Positions 54,671 through 63,676 of a stretch of 64,000 bases of DNA are shown one piece after another (position 1 is the stretch's first letter; the number at the start of each line of letters is the position of its first letter). Source of the stretch: a virus. A program made the position numbers and the translations under genes. A model generated the notes under the pieces. The model had not been told where the DNA came from. It was given only the letters and a program-made list of their open reading frames with translations, and did no database searches. The DNA is taken from the IMG/VR virus record IMGVR_UViG_3300046468_002660. One strand, given 5' to 3'.

Positions 54671-54786
54671 AAATAATAGTTGACAAATAACAAATAATAT
54701 AGTAATATATAATATATAAAATTGAGAAGGATAAACTCAAATAAATAAAATAATCCAAAATTTTTGTTCTTTTACATTTTAAATTT

Positions 54787-55060
54787 TGAGCATAGATCTC
54801 GCAAGCATTAAGTTGCTAAAAGCCAATTCTTGTAAGTCTCAATTCACTTTGGAAGGGCTTATAATCCTTCCTGTGGGTGACCGAATGAGCCTGTCGTGAG
54901 CGGGCTAAGGTATGCAGATCCCTGTGGTGGGGTTGGTAGAGTCCAATCGGATGAGCCAAATGACAACACCAAGTCTAGTCTGTAGTTGGAAGTAGGTACA
55001 CCATGAACTGATGTTCACGCCGAAAACTTGAGGGTATACAGTAGCCCCTCCCCACACAAT
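54787..55060 (+). ncRNA. Candidate structured non-coding RNA
   Basis: GC-rich ORF-free island with its own promoter (TTGACA 54680, TAATAT 54703), multiple stems and a downstream terminator. Confidence 0.65.
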
Positions 55061-55077
55061 TTTCTCTGATATCCTCG

Positions 55078-55127
55078 ACCCTCCTTGGTTCTCTCTTGCC
55101 CGCCACCTGAACCAAGGAGGGTTTTTG
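55078..55127 (+). terminator. Terminator-like 14-bp hairpin
   Basis: ACCCTCCTTGGTTC / GAACCAAGGAGGGT followed by Ts. Confidence 0.7.
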
Positions 55128-55163
55128 TTTGACAGCTGCTTTTTTATTTATTATAGTATACTC

Positions 55164-55418
55164 ATGAAAACATTAAAAGATATCTTATCAAACTACGGGT
55201 ACATGAACAGCAATCAGCTTAAAGAAATAGCTGAGCACTTCCCTGCATTCAGGGTTGTCATTAAATGGGGCGGACTTCCCCGCGAGCGTCTTCCAGCCTG
55301 GGAGGCAATATCCAGGATTAAATCAGTGGAGACCCAAAACATCGATTACTGTAGAGAGGTGTTTATCTCAGGTACTGAATACAACGCACTCAAACAAGCT
55401 TTCAACATCGCCGACTAA
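55164..55418 (+). CDS. Hypothetical protein (leaderless, start refined to 55164)
   Basis: TTGACA(55129)-17-TATAGT-6-ATG. Confidence 0.6.
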   Translation: MKTLKDILSNYGYMNSNQLKEIAEHFPAFRVVIKWGGLPRERLPAWEAISRIKSVETQNIDYCREVFISGTEYNALKQAFNIAD

Positions 55419-55651
55419 CAAACATTATTAACCAAAAAACATATGGAACCATTGCTAATATTAACATTGGCGATTACACTAGGAATAAAATTATTAGTAG
55501 AGGAAGTAATATAATAATATACAGTATAATATATAACAAATAATAAAAATAAAAATTTAATCAAAATGGACTAGTATAAATAATAAATAATCAAAATAAA
55601 TAATAAAAAAATTTTAAATAAATAAATAATTTGATTATGATTACCTCCTTG

Positions 55652-55680
55652 GCCCCCACCGTAATTGGTGGGGGTTTTTT
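55652..55680 (+). terminator. Rho-independent terminator
   Basis: GCCCCCACC-GTAATT-GGTGGGGGT plus T-tract. Confidence 0.85.
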
Positions 55681-55702
55681 ATTGGTCAACTTTACGCTTT
55701 TG

Positions 55703-55774
55703 TAAGTCTTTGTTTATCAAGCACTTCTGAGATCGGCTGCCGCGCTAGCTAAGTCTTTGATATTCAATGAATTA
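55703..55774. repeat. Double-palindrome element copy 1
   Basis: 25-bp box, 22-bp spacer with GGCTGCCGCG, 25-bp box. Confidence 0.85.
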
Positions 55775-55836
55775 AAAAACTCAAATTAATTCACTTTTTT
55801 CTTGTGTTAAATTGTTTTTTATGCGATACTATGTAT

Positions 55837-55953
55837 ATGAAAGCGAGAGACATAAAGATCAGAAAACCAATTGTCTTCACTAAGTCAAGACCTCACAAGG
55901 TCAAGATTAAAACAATCCACAGAAAACTAAAACACAAGGAATTATTAGCATGA
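55837..55953 (+). CDS. 38-aa basic peptide (not in ORF track)
   Basis: MKARDIKIRKPIVFTKSRPHKVKIKTIHRKLKHKELLA; leaderless after TTGTGT-17-GATACT. Confidence 0.6.
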   Translation: MKARDIKIRKPIVFTKSRPHKVKIKTIHRKLKHKELLA

Positions 55954-56177
55954 ATATTAACGAAGATTATTTAAGTTCAGATTGCCCAAACGCAGATGAA
56001 GTAATGACTCAAGGCATGGGTTGGATTTGGAAACATTTCATTGAACCTAACGCAGATCAAATTACAGAAGAACAAGCAGAAATGCTTACAATGATTGGGA
56101 TCAGTTTTAAAATGGTCGCAGAACAAGCAGATGCTTACGATCAAACTTTTGAAGAAAGCCCATATTTAAACAATTAA
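55950..56177 (+). CDS. Hypothetical protein
   Basis: ATGA overlap with the preceding peptide. Confidence 0.55.
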   Translation: MNINEDYLSSDCPNADEVMTQGMGWIWKHFIEPNADQITEEQAEMLTMIGISFKMVAEQADAYDQTFEESPYLNN

Positions 56178-56215
56178 CTCTTGACAAAAAACATTATAAC
56201 TATTATATTACTATC

Positions 56216-57088
56216 ATGAATACAGAAGAAAACACCAATATCGCTCCTCGCAAATCCGTTAACTTGCACATTTGCGGAGGTAATCGTACAATCGTAGACT
56301 TTGACGAAGTTCAAGCTGTACCAACTCCAATGCCTACAATGCGTACAAAACCAAACAAAAGAACAGGGGAATTTGCCATTTCTCACCAACCAATTGCTCA
56401 TGAAGCTCTTGTAGTTCGCACTAAAGATTCTCTCACTAGCAGAGGTTTCACCATTCAAGATGAGCTACACTCTCTCGCTAGGGACAACCAACATTACTTT
56501 GGATTGTTCTCTGTAGATCATCCTGATCGTGATCCATCAGATCGTGGGTGCGTTGTAGGGGTTCGTAATTCTCACGACAAAACTTTTCCTGCGGGACTTT
56601 GTGCAGGTGATGCACCATTTGTTTGCGATAATTTAATTTTTACAAACACCATAAAACTTGCTCGCAGACATACTCGCAACATTATGAACGATCTCGATTT
56701 TATGATCAATCGTGCTTTGGGTAAATTGTTTGGCTTTTGGCATGGGCAAGATGAGAGAGTAAAGGCTTATCAAGATCGCTCTGTTGGCAATGTTCTAGCT
56801 CACGATCTTATCATAAAAGCAGTTCGTGCAGGTGCTTTACCAAAATCAAAAATTCTTGATGTTGCAGATCAATGGGAATCAAGCGATCATGTTGAATTCA
56901 AAGATCGCAATATAAATTCTCTCTACAACGCTTTCACAGAGATTTACAAAGGTAACTTGGTTGCCTTGCCAAATCGTTCAGACGCTCTTCATTCTGTTCT
57001 TGATAGTTATGTTGACTTCAATATTGATAACCATGTTGAAAATACTATTGACATGGAAGTCGTAGAGGGCGAATTGGTAGAAGTTTAA
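56216..57088 (+). CDS. DUF932/DUF945-like protein
   Basis: RNSHD, FVC.N, RHT, LYNA.TE. Confidence 0.7.
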   Translation: MNTEENTNIAPRKSVNLHICGGNRTIVDFDEVQAVPTPMPTMRTKPNKRTGEFAISHQPIAHEALVVRTKDSLTSRGFTIQDELHSLARDNQHYFGLFSVDHPDRDPSDRGCVVGVRNSHDKTFPAGLCAGDAPFVCDNLIFTNTIKLARRHTRNIMNDLDFMINRALGKLFGFWHGQDERVKAYQDRSVGNVLAHDLIIKAVRAGALPKSKILDVADQWESSDHVEFKDRNINSLYNAFTEIYKGNLVALPNRSDALHSVLDSYVDFNIDNHVENTIDMEVVEGELVEV

Positions 57089-57109
57089 ATATTGGTTTGT
57101 CGTTTCGTT

Positions 57110-57138
57110 GACTCCCCCCAAATGGGGGGAGTTTTTTT
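57110..57138 (+). terminator. Rho-independent terminator
   Basis: GACTCCCCCCA-AA-TGGGGGGAGTT plus T-tract. Confidence 0.85.
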
Positions 57139-57159
57139 ATGCCCAAAATTACTAAAGCG

Positions 57160-57231
57160 CAAGTCCTTGTTTATCAAGCACTTATGAGCGCGGCAGCCGA
57201 ATGATATAAGTATTTGATTGACAAGCGTTTA
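57160..57231. repeat. Double-palindrome element copy 2 (spacer core inverted)
   Basis: Spacer carries CGCGGCAGCCG. Confidence 0.85.
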
Positions 57232-57293
57232 AAAATTTAAAATTATTTAACTTTTTTCTTGCAGTAATTATAAAAATGGCTTAGTATGTTTAC

Positions 57294-57707
57294 ATGATAC
57301 TGAGAAACCAACAAGACCCACGATATAGAATCAAAAAGAATCGTCCCGTATATGTTTACAAGAATCTTCATAAAGATTGTTGGAGCATCAAGCAACATGG
57401 TTTAGTTAAAGCTCACATCCCAAAGGATCATGCTATTGGATTATGGGATTGCTATTTTCATGTCGATGCCAAAGGCAGAGAAAAAGTTCTTCGTGAGAAG
57501 CGTAAGAATGTTCATGCTTTTGTTAAGGGTTATCTTCAGGATGCAGAAAATGTATCTTGCAATCCCCAAGTTATCAGCAGGGAAGTCGAGGTAACATATA
57601 ACCCCTACAAGTATGAGACTTTTGTAGAGAAGGAAACCGAAAAGTTTGCATACTATGCAGACGAAGTATTATTAACACACAACAAAGTAACCGCTTATAT
57701 ATCATGA
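57294..57707 (+). CDS. Conserved phage hypothetical protein
   Basis: VY.NLHK..WS, G..V.REKRKNVHAFV.G, YNPY motifs. Confidence 0.65.
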   Translation: MILRNQQDPRYRIKKNRPVYVYKNLHKDCWSIKQHGLVKAHIPKDHAIGLWDCYFHVDAKGREKVLREKRKNVHAFVKGYLQDAENVSCNPQVISREVEVTYNPYKYETFVEKETEKFAYYADEVLLTHNKVTAYIS

Positions 57708-58092
57708 ATTACACAGACGAAAATATTACGGAAGTAGCACAAAAAATTGTAGAAGATATGGATCTTGATGATCTTATAAGTTATGTCTATGATGACCTTG
57801 TAGCTCTTTTTGAAAAAGATGAAGAATTGTTTAATGCCAATTGGGATTGTTTGGATATGGACACATACCTTGAAAAGGAAAAGTAAAATGAAAGAAGAAT
57901 TATACTCAATTAAAACCGCCATTGACGGACTTAGCGATGAGATACTAGAACATCGCAGACACGCAAACATGGAGGATCTCGTCAAGGTAATGAAGAACAT
58001 TAACGATAACCTTGTTGCAATTAGTTTTGACTTAAAAGATTTAGTTGAAGCAAAAAAATTCGAAAACGAGTTGAAAACTGCACTCAGATAGG

Positions 58093-58164
58093 TAAATCCT
58101 TTATAGTCAATCACTTAGGTGGCTGGCTGCCGCGCTAGCTAAGTGCTTAACATTCAACGATTTA
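58093..58164. repeat. Double-palindrome element copy 3
   Basis: Same 25-22-25 architecture. Confidence 0.85.
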
Positions 58165-58225
58165 CAAAAGCATTTTTATTTAGTTTTTATTTGACAGAAA
58201 CTAAAAATTGCCTTAGTTTTATGTT

Positions 58226-58402
58226 ATGCAAGAAACAATAGATATGACACCAAAATGGACAGCAGTCGTTAGAATATTAACTGAAGTGCTTATGAGCCCA
58301 AAAGCAGGACACGCGGATAAATGCAATGCTGTAACTGAATTACTAAACCTCGCAAAGATTGTAGACGATCAAAACGAAAGGATAAAAAATGACACAAAGT
58401 GA
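58226..58402 (+). CDS. 58-aa hypothetical protein (not in ORF track)
   Basis: MQETIDMTPKW...; leaderless after TTGACA-17-TAGTTT. Confidence 0.55.
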   Translation: MQETIDMTPKWTAVVRILTEVLMSPKAGHADKCNAVTELLNLAKIVDDQNERIKNDTK

Positions 58403-58635
58403 AATTAGAATAATGATATTAAACATCGTTAACGGAAACATTCGCTATGCGAATCCCGCAGATCCAATGAATGTCAAGAAAGCTGAAGACTTGGGTATTG
58501 ATTACTTCACTACTCAATCAGCGGAAGAAGTCTTAGATGATATCATTACAGACTTGACAAGCTTGCAAGATGAGCTTAGGATAGAATCATCTTTTCAATC
58601 AGCACAACTATAACACACAGGACACAAGGAGAAAA

Positions 58636-59628
58636 ATGACAACTATAGCACAATTACAAACCAAAAAAAGAAAAAGCAAGAAAACTACTTCTTTGCAAGT
58701 TAACCAAAGCAAAGTTACCGCAGAAAAACAATTCAACAAAATTTTTAAACAAAAAGAGTTTAAGCATTTTATCTACGATTTTGGTGTCAAAGATTTACCT
58801 TTGCTCGATCATATGCTATCCGATCAAGTAAACAATCCCTCAAGAAATCGTGGCAAAGCAGATGACAACATCAAGAGATTATTTCGTTGTCTTCAAGCGG
58901 GTCAATGGTTTTTCGAGTCAATCGACATTCTCATCAATGAAAGAGGCGAGCTTCTTAATGGTCAACATACATTGGAGGCTATTAACCAACACCTTCTTGA
59001 CGCAAAAACACCAAGAGATGCTGTAGTGAAAGTTGGCTTCAAGTTAGGAGTTGATTCAAGAGCAATGCCTTATCTCGACACTCAAAAGAAAAGAAGTCCA
59101 CATCAAAATCTTAGAATTAAACAAGGTGGTGTGGATATTAAACTTAATCGAGCACAAGAGTATATTGTATTAACTGAAGGTAAAAATTTAGTACATGGTT
59201 CTCCTTTCGCTAAAGGTAAGATCGTAAACTTTTTTGAATACGATAGCGTTATTAAAAAGCATTCTAGTATGTTAAACAGAGTGTTTGGTAATCGAGTATT
59301 CTGCTCAGACTTTCCTCATATTGGCATCAGTTACCCTTTGTTCTGTGTTGCCAAAGAAGATGAAGAGCTTGCAAACACTATTCTTGATGAGATTTGCGAC
59401 ATTCATAACGAAAGCAATCGAGGAGTCTCAAAATGGTATCCTTATGAGAAACAAATTCCTGTAGAGCACGAATTGATAGAAAAGTTTAGACAAGAAAAAC
59501 ATCTCAAAATGTCAGGAATGACAAGCAAGACGGGCAGAGATTGTTATCGTGCCGAAGAGTTTTATCCATTAGCAGTTAATTGGTTAGTTGAGAAGTGCGA
59601 TCTTGATCGCAACATTTTTCCAAAATGA
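58636..59628 (+). CDS. ParB/Srx-like N-terminal domain protein
   Basis: NR.....M/L..GQW, G.LLNGQH.L.AI, D..K.RS; SD AAGGAG. Confidence 0.55.
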   Translation: MTTIAQLQTKKRKSKKTTSLQVNQSKVTAEKQFNKIFKQKEFKHFIYDFGVKDLPLLDHMLSDQVNNPSRNRGKADDNIKRLFRCLQAGQWFFESIDILINERGELLNGQHTLEAINQHLLDAKTPRDAVVKVGFKLGVDSRAMPYLDTQKKRSPHQNLRIKQGGVDIKLNRAQEYIVLTEGKNLVHGSPFAKGKIVNFFEYDSVIKKHSSMLNRVFGNRVFCSDFPHIGISYPLFCVAKEDEELANTILDEICDIHNESNRGVSKWYPYEKQIPVEHELIEKFRQEKHLKMSGMTSKTGRDCYRAEEFYPLAVNWLVEKCDLDRNIFPK

Positions 59629-59954
59629 ATTATTACATAAAACAAGCAAACTCACTCGAAATGGCTTTTTACATTGGTAAAACCAGGAAAAACCCCTTCA
59701 CCCAAAGGGGTAATCCTACCAACAAGACAATCTGTCAATGGATCAAAGATTATGGTGAAATTGCATGGACAACACTTATGGTTATACCCGAATACGCATT
59801 GCACAATGAATACGGAGAAACTTATCTCATAAATTGTTTCAAAGAAAAATTTAGCAATTTAAAATTATTGAATGTAGCCACGCCACATTCGGGAGCAATT
59901 AATTACGATAAAAAATCTGAGTTAATTATTGACAAACTCAAGAAAATGCTTTAG
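59625..59954 (+). CDS. GIY-YIG-like small protein
   Basis: Y....FYIG.T....R, E..LI, LLN. Confidence 0.45.
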   Translation: MNYYIKQANSLEMAFYIGKTRKNPFTQRGNPTNKTICQWIKDYGEIAWTTLMVIPEYALHNEYGETYLINCFKEKFSNLKLLNVATPHSGAINYDKKSELIIDKLKKML

Positions 59955-59985
59955 TGTTTAACTAAATCACAACGAAAGGAAAATC

Positions 59986-61017
59986 ATGACAACAGTATTA
60001 GACAAACCCGAACAAATCGAAATGTTTCGCTACAAAACTCTTCTTAGAGGCTTAAAACTTGAGACGCTAGGAATGCAAATGAGTAGAGGCAGATCTTGCT
60101 ACTCTATCGTCAAACAAGAGTTTGGACTTAAAGGTAGCAAACAAAAAGTTTTCGATCAATTTAAACTTATGTTAGAACAAGTAGACGAAAGGGCACTATA
60201 ATGACAGCATCACAAGTAGAAGCGAGAGTAGAGAGTTGGAATTGGAACATGAATGTCTTTGAGATATATGACGAACTCAGAGACGGGCACACAGCGAAAC
60301 AACAAGAGGATTTACTTTCTTTTGCCTATCGTTACTTTAACAAAGATAAAATGATTTTAGAGCTTGCCAATCACTTTGGAATCTATAACATAGAGGATAA
60401 TGAAAATGAATAATTACATTGAAGCAACCTGCATCGGTAGTCCACTAGGTTTACCTGAGTACAACGAAGAAACTGAACAATACGAAGTTTTCTTCGAAGA
60501 AAATTACGACGAGTTTAACCCGTACTTTGAGAGAGATATTATTTCTTATAGTTGCGAAGACGCTGAGGAAGCGACTGAGATCTACAACTATTACAACCAA
60601 AATCCCGTACAAGAAGAACATGAAGAAATTGTTTCTTAAAATACTCCGTTGGTTTACTCCGATATATCAAATAGTATATCACACCAAAGACGGCAGAACA
60701 GAAATGTACACAATCACCCCGCCAAAACATGAAAATGAATTTGGCAACAAGCAAGAAGGCAAGTCAGTCGTTGGCTTCAGGTCCTTCTGCCTAAATCGTG
60801 GTGGTATTCGTTCATTTCGCTACAATCAAATAATCTCATTAAACAAAATTTAATCATGAAGAAAAAAGTTAAAAATAAAGATTCACTACAAGATAGCTTA
60901 AGAAGATTCGGGCACATGCTCGCAATACGAGAGCGACGCGGGGACACATCCGAAGAGTACAAACAAAAACAAGCTCTTCACGAATCGATGTTAAGAAAGC
61001 TTTATAATCGAGCGTAA
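59986..61017 (+). CDS. Five small hypothetical proteins (59986-60201, 60201-60413, ~60400-60639, 60620-60853, 60856-61017)
   Basis: Coupled ORFs; the last stop codon is the first TAA of repeat copy 4. Confidence 0.55.
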
Positions 61018-61086
61018 GTCCTTTATATTCAGTCACTTAGGTGGCTGGCTGCCGCGCGGCATAAGTGCTTGATATTCAATGAGTTA
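61015..61086. repeat. Double-palindrome element copy 4
   Basis: Same architecture. Confidence 0.85.
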
Positions 61087-61148
61087 AAAATGTTATTTTA
61101 ATTCACTTTTTTCTTGCGTCTGGTAGTCTTTTTTGCGATAGTGTAACC

Positions 61149-61355
61149 ATGCAAAGAATAGTAAAAATCCTAATGGAGCGTGACGGACTTTCCCTCGAAG
61201 ACGCTACTCACCAAACCGCAACTTTTTTTAGAGAAATGTCTGAAGACATCGCAATGGGTGGTGACCCTTTCGAGTGGGAGCATTCGTTCACTAGCGAGTT
61301 TTCTCTAGAGCCAGATTTTTTTGAAGATCTTATTTTTTCGCTTGCAATTGCATAA
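61149..61355 (+). CDS. Hypothetical protein
   Basis: ILM.RDG.S..DA motif; leaderless. Confidence 0.6.
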   Translation: MQRIVKILMERDGLSLEDATHQTATFFREMSEDIAMGGDPFEWEHSFTSEFSLEPDFFEDLIFSLAIA

Positions 61356-61376
61356 AAATTTGTTTAGTTTTATATC

Positions 61377-62102
61377 ATGAATCTATTATCAAATCCTTCT
61401 AAAATGCCTTGTTTAGGCTTTAACATTCCCGCTTTCAAGTATTGCCCCGCAGCTCAACTTATGGCAAAAGTCAAAGACAAAGCAAAAAAGTTTATTTGTG
61501 ATGCTTGTTATGCTTGCAAAGGTTTTTATATGTTTGCCAATGTCAAACAAAGCTTGCAAGACAAAGCAAATTTTGTTACCAAGTCTTTACATCAAGACAA
61601 TGGGCAATCTTTTGTAAATGAGATGTCAAAGCAAATTACTAAAAAGTATTTTGACAAGCAAGGCAACAAAAAAGTTTTAAAGAATGTCAACACAGATCTT
61701 TTTCGCGTTCATGATTCAGGAGATCTTTTTTCCCCAAAGTATATCGAGGCATGGATTAAGATTTGCGAAAATTTTCCTTCAATTCGCTTTTGGTTTCCAA
61801 CTCGTGAGTGGGCAAGAGATAGTCAATTGCCTTCACTTCGCAAGCTTGCAAGTTTAAAGAATGTTTGTTTAAAACCAAGTGCTTTATATGTAGACGAACC
61901 CGCTCCACAAATCGATGGTCTAGATGCGGGAACTTCCGTCTATAGCTCAAAAGAGAAAGCCGAGCAAGATGGTCATTTTGTTTGCCCCGCAACTTATGTT
62001 AAGGGCGAAGACGGCAAGATTTTAGCAACTTGTAACGCTCATAATTGCAACTTATGCTTTATCAAGGGATGCAAAAAAGGTATTGCATATTTAGCTCATT
62101 AA
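61377..62102 (+). CDS. GP88-like Cys-rich protein
   Basis: SKMP, CP, C..CYA.KG, FR.HDSGD, W.PTRE, CPA...C...C..C. Confidence 0.75.
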   Translation: MNLLSNPSKMPCLGFNIPAFKYCPAAQLMAKVKDKAKKFICDACYACKGFYMFANVKQSLQDKANFVTKSLHQDNGQSFVNEMSKQITKKYFDKQGNKKVLKNVNTDLFRVHDSGDLFSPKYIEAWIKICENFPSIRFWFPTREWARDSQLPSLRKLASLKNVCLKPSALYVDEPAPQIDGLDAGTSVYSSKEKAEQDGHFVCPATYVKGEDGKILATCNAHNCNLCFIKGCKKGIAYLAH

Positions 62103-62117
62103 CCTATAATTAAAGCC

Positions 62118-62297
62118 ATGAATGAAGAAACTTATTTTGACTCAGCCCAAGGAATTGACATTTCACAAGATCGTGCTTTGCAAGAATTAGCAAGGCACGA
62201 CATTACTTCAAGTGAAGAAATTATTGAATTCTTTGAAGACATGGGTGACAAGGAAGGATACTCAGCCCAAAAAGTTCTTGAGTGGTTAGGCTACTAA
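62118..62297 (+). CDS. 59-aa hypothetical protein (not in ORF track)
   Basis: MNEETYFDSA...VLEWLGY; stop is the first TAA of repeat copy 5. Confidence 0.6.
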   Translation: MNEETYFDSAQGIDISQDRALQELARHDITSSEEIIEFFEDMGDKEGYSAQKVLEWLGY

Positions 62298-62366
62298 AGC
62301 CTTGACCATCAAGCACTTAGGGGCGCGGCAGCCGCCCAAGCTAACTGCCTGTTAGTCAACGACTTG
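62295..62366. repeat. Double-palindrome element copy 5 (spacer core inverted)
   Basis: Spacer carries CGCGGCAGCCG. Confidence 0.85.
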
Positions 62367-62428
62367 CGCAAGCATTTTTATTTAACTTTTTTCTTGCGTT
62401 AATTGTAAAAAGAGTTTAATGTGTTTAT

Positions 62429-63112
62429 ATGATTAACTACGACATACCAGACTCAATCTCACAATTCAACCCACAACCTTCTATGCTAGATTTTGACGAT
62501 TTAGATTTTCAACCACATCGTGGTGCTGATGATGCAGTCCAAGCAAGACTTGACTTTGGCAACGGGCTAGAAATTTCTGTTGTTGCAGGTAATGACGATA
62601 GAAGAGGATTATATGGTAGTGTGAAAGAAGATTTATACGAAGTTGCAATCTTTGATAAAAACGGCATGATTCCACTTTCTCCTTCTGACGATGTTGTCGG
62701 ATGGCAATCTCCCGCCCAAGTATCTATCTTAATGGCAAAAGCTCAAGTCGAAGGAAGTGTTTGGGTTGACGAGCTAATCGAAGACAAAGCAGAATTTAGA
62801 AGAGATTTAGGACTTGACGACTAAACCAAATTAAACTATATTATTACTATGACAGAAGAACAAAGAATATCAATTATCCGACACGCTCACCAAAATTCTC
62901 AAAAGATTTGTCCTCCAAAATCTATTCAAGAGTTTATTGGTGATATTTTAGTCGAACAATTAGTAACCGAGCATGGTTTGCTTGATACTCAAAAAGAAGA
63001 TCTAGCAGACGAGTCTCAATTTCTCTTCACTGATTCAGCAGAAAACATTGATGAGGAAGACGAACAATTCGGAATATCCGATGAAATGAAAGGAATATAT
63101 CATGATAGTTGA
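62429..63112 (+). CDS. Two hypothetical proteins (62429-62824, 62849-63112)
   Basis: Each leaderless with its own promoter; first has F.NG..ISV..YG..YEVA..DV.GW. Confidence 0.6.
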
Positions 63113-63294
63113 ATTATTATTTTTCACTCCTTGGCTTTTTGTTTTCTACTTAATGTGGCAAGATTTAAAAGAGGAATGATGCCATTAATAATAATTATGG
63201 CAATTTTATTATTTTTTTATATATCAGATTAAATAGGGCAAATATCAAATAAACTTTTAGTAGTAGTTAGGTTGTCTGGATTAGTCCCCCGCTC

Positions 63295-63366
63295 TAAGTT
63301 GCTGATTATCAAGCACTTAGGGTGGGCGGCTGCCGCGATCATAAGTGCTTAACATTCAACGACTTA
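63295..63366. repeat. Double-palindrome element copy 6
   Basis: Same architecture. Confidence 0.85.
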
Positions 63367-63427
63367 CGAAAGCATTTTTATTCATTTTTTTCTTGTGTAT
63401 TTTTATTTTTTCGCTTAGTCTGTATGT

Positions 63428-63634
63428 ATGAAACATTCAGAGAGCGGAACCAAAAAGATATTAAAGCAGTTACGGAAATGTCCCGATATTAAAGACATCC
63501 GTGCCACGGCAAAAGGTCACATGATCCTTGCTCAAAATGGGGAGCAATTACTTGTGCATTTTAGTGCCAAAGCTTTTCATCCATTGCGTAGGTGGTTAAA
63601 AAGAAACACTTCGCTAAAAGCGTTAAAATTTTAG
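63428..63634 (+). CDS. Small basic protein, possibly HicA-like
   Basis: helix-KGH-strands-H-helix pattern. Confidence 0.4.
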   Translation: MKHSESGTKKILKQLRKCPDIKDIRATAKGHMILAQNGEQLLVHFSAKAFHPLRRWLKRNTSLKALKF

Positions 63635-63676
63635 TTTTAGCTTGCAATTATTTTAAATTTAGTTTACTTTACTATT

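Noticed and set aside
54787-55060. Group I intron, tmRNA, RNase P or 6S identity
   Set aside because: Not inside a gene; no recognisable P7 core, tRNA-like ends/tag ORF, RNase P P4 motif or single long 6S hairpin
62295-63295. Copies 5 and 6 start exactly 1000 bp apart
   Set aside because: Other spacings (1457, 933, 2922, 1280) show no periodicity; treated as coincidence
55703-63366. CRISPR array or IS ends as an explanation for the repeats
   Set aside because: Copies are 0.9-2.9 kb apart with genes between them; no cas or transposase gene and no target-site duplications are visible
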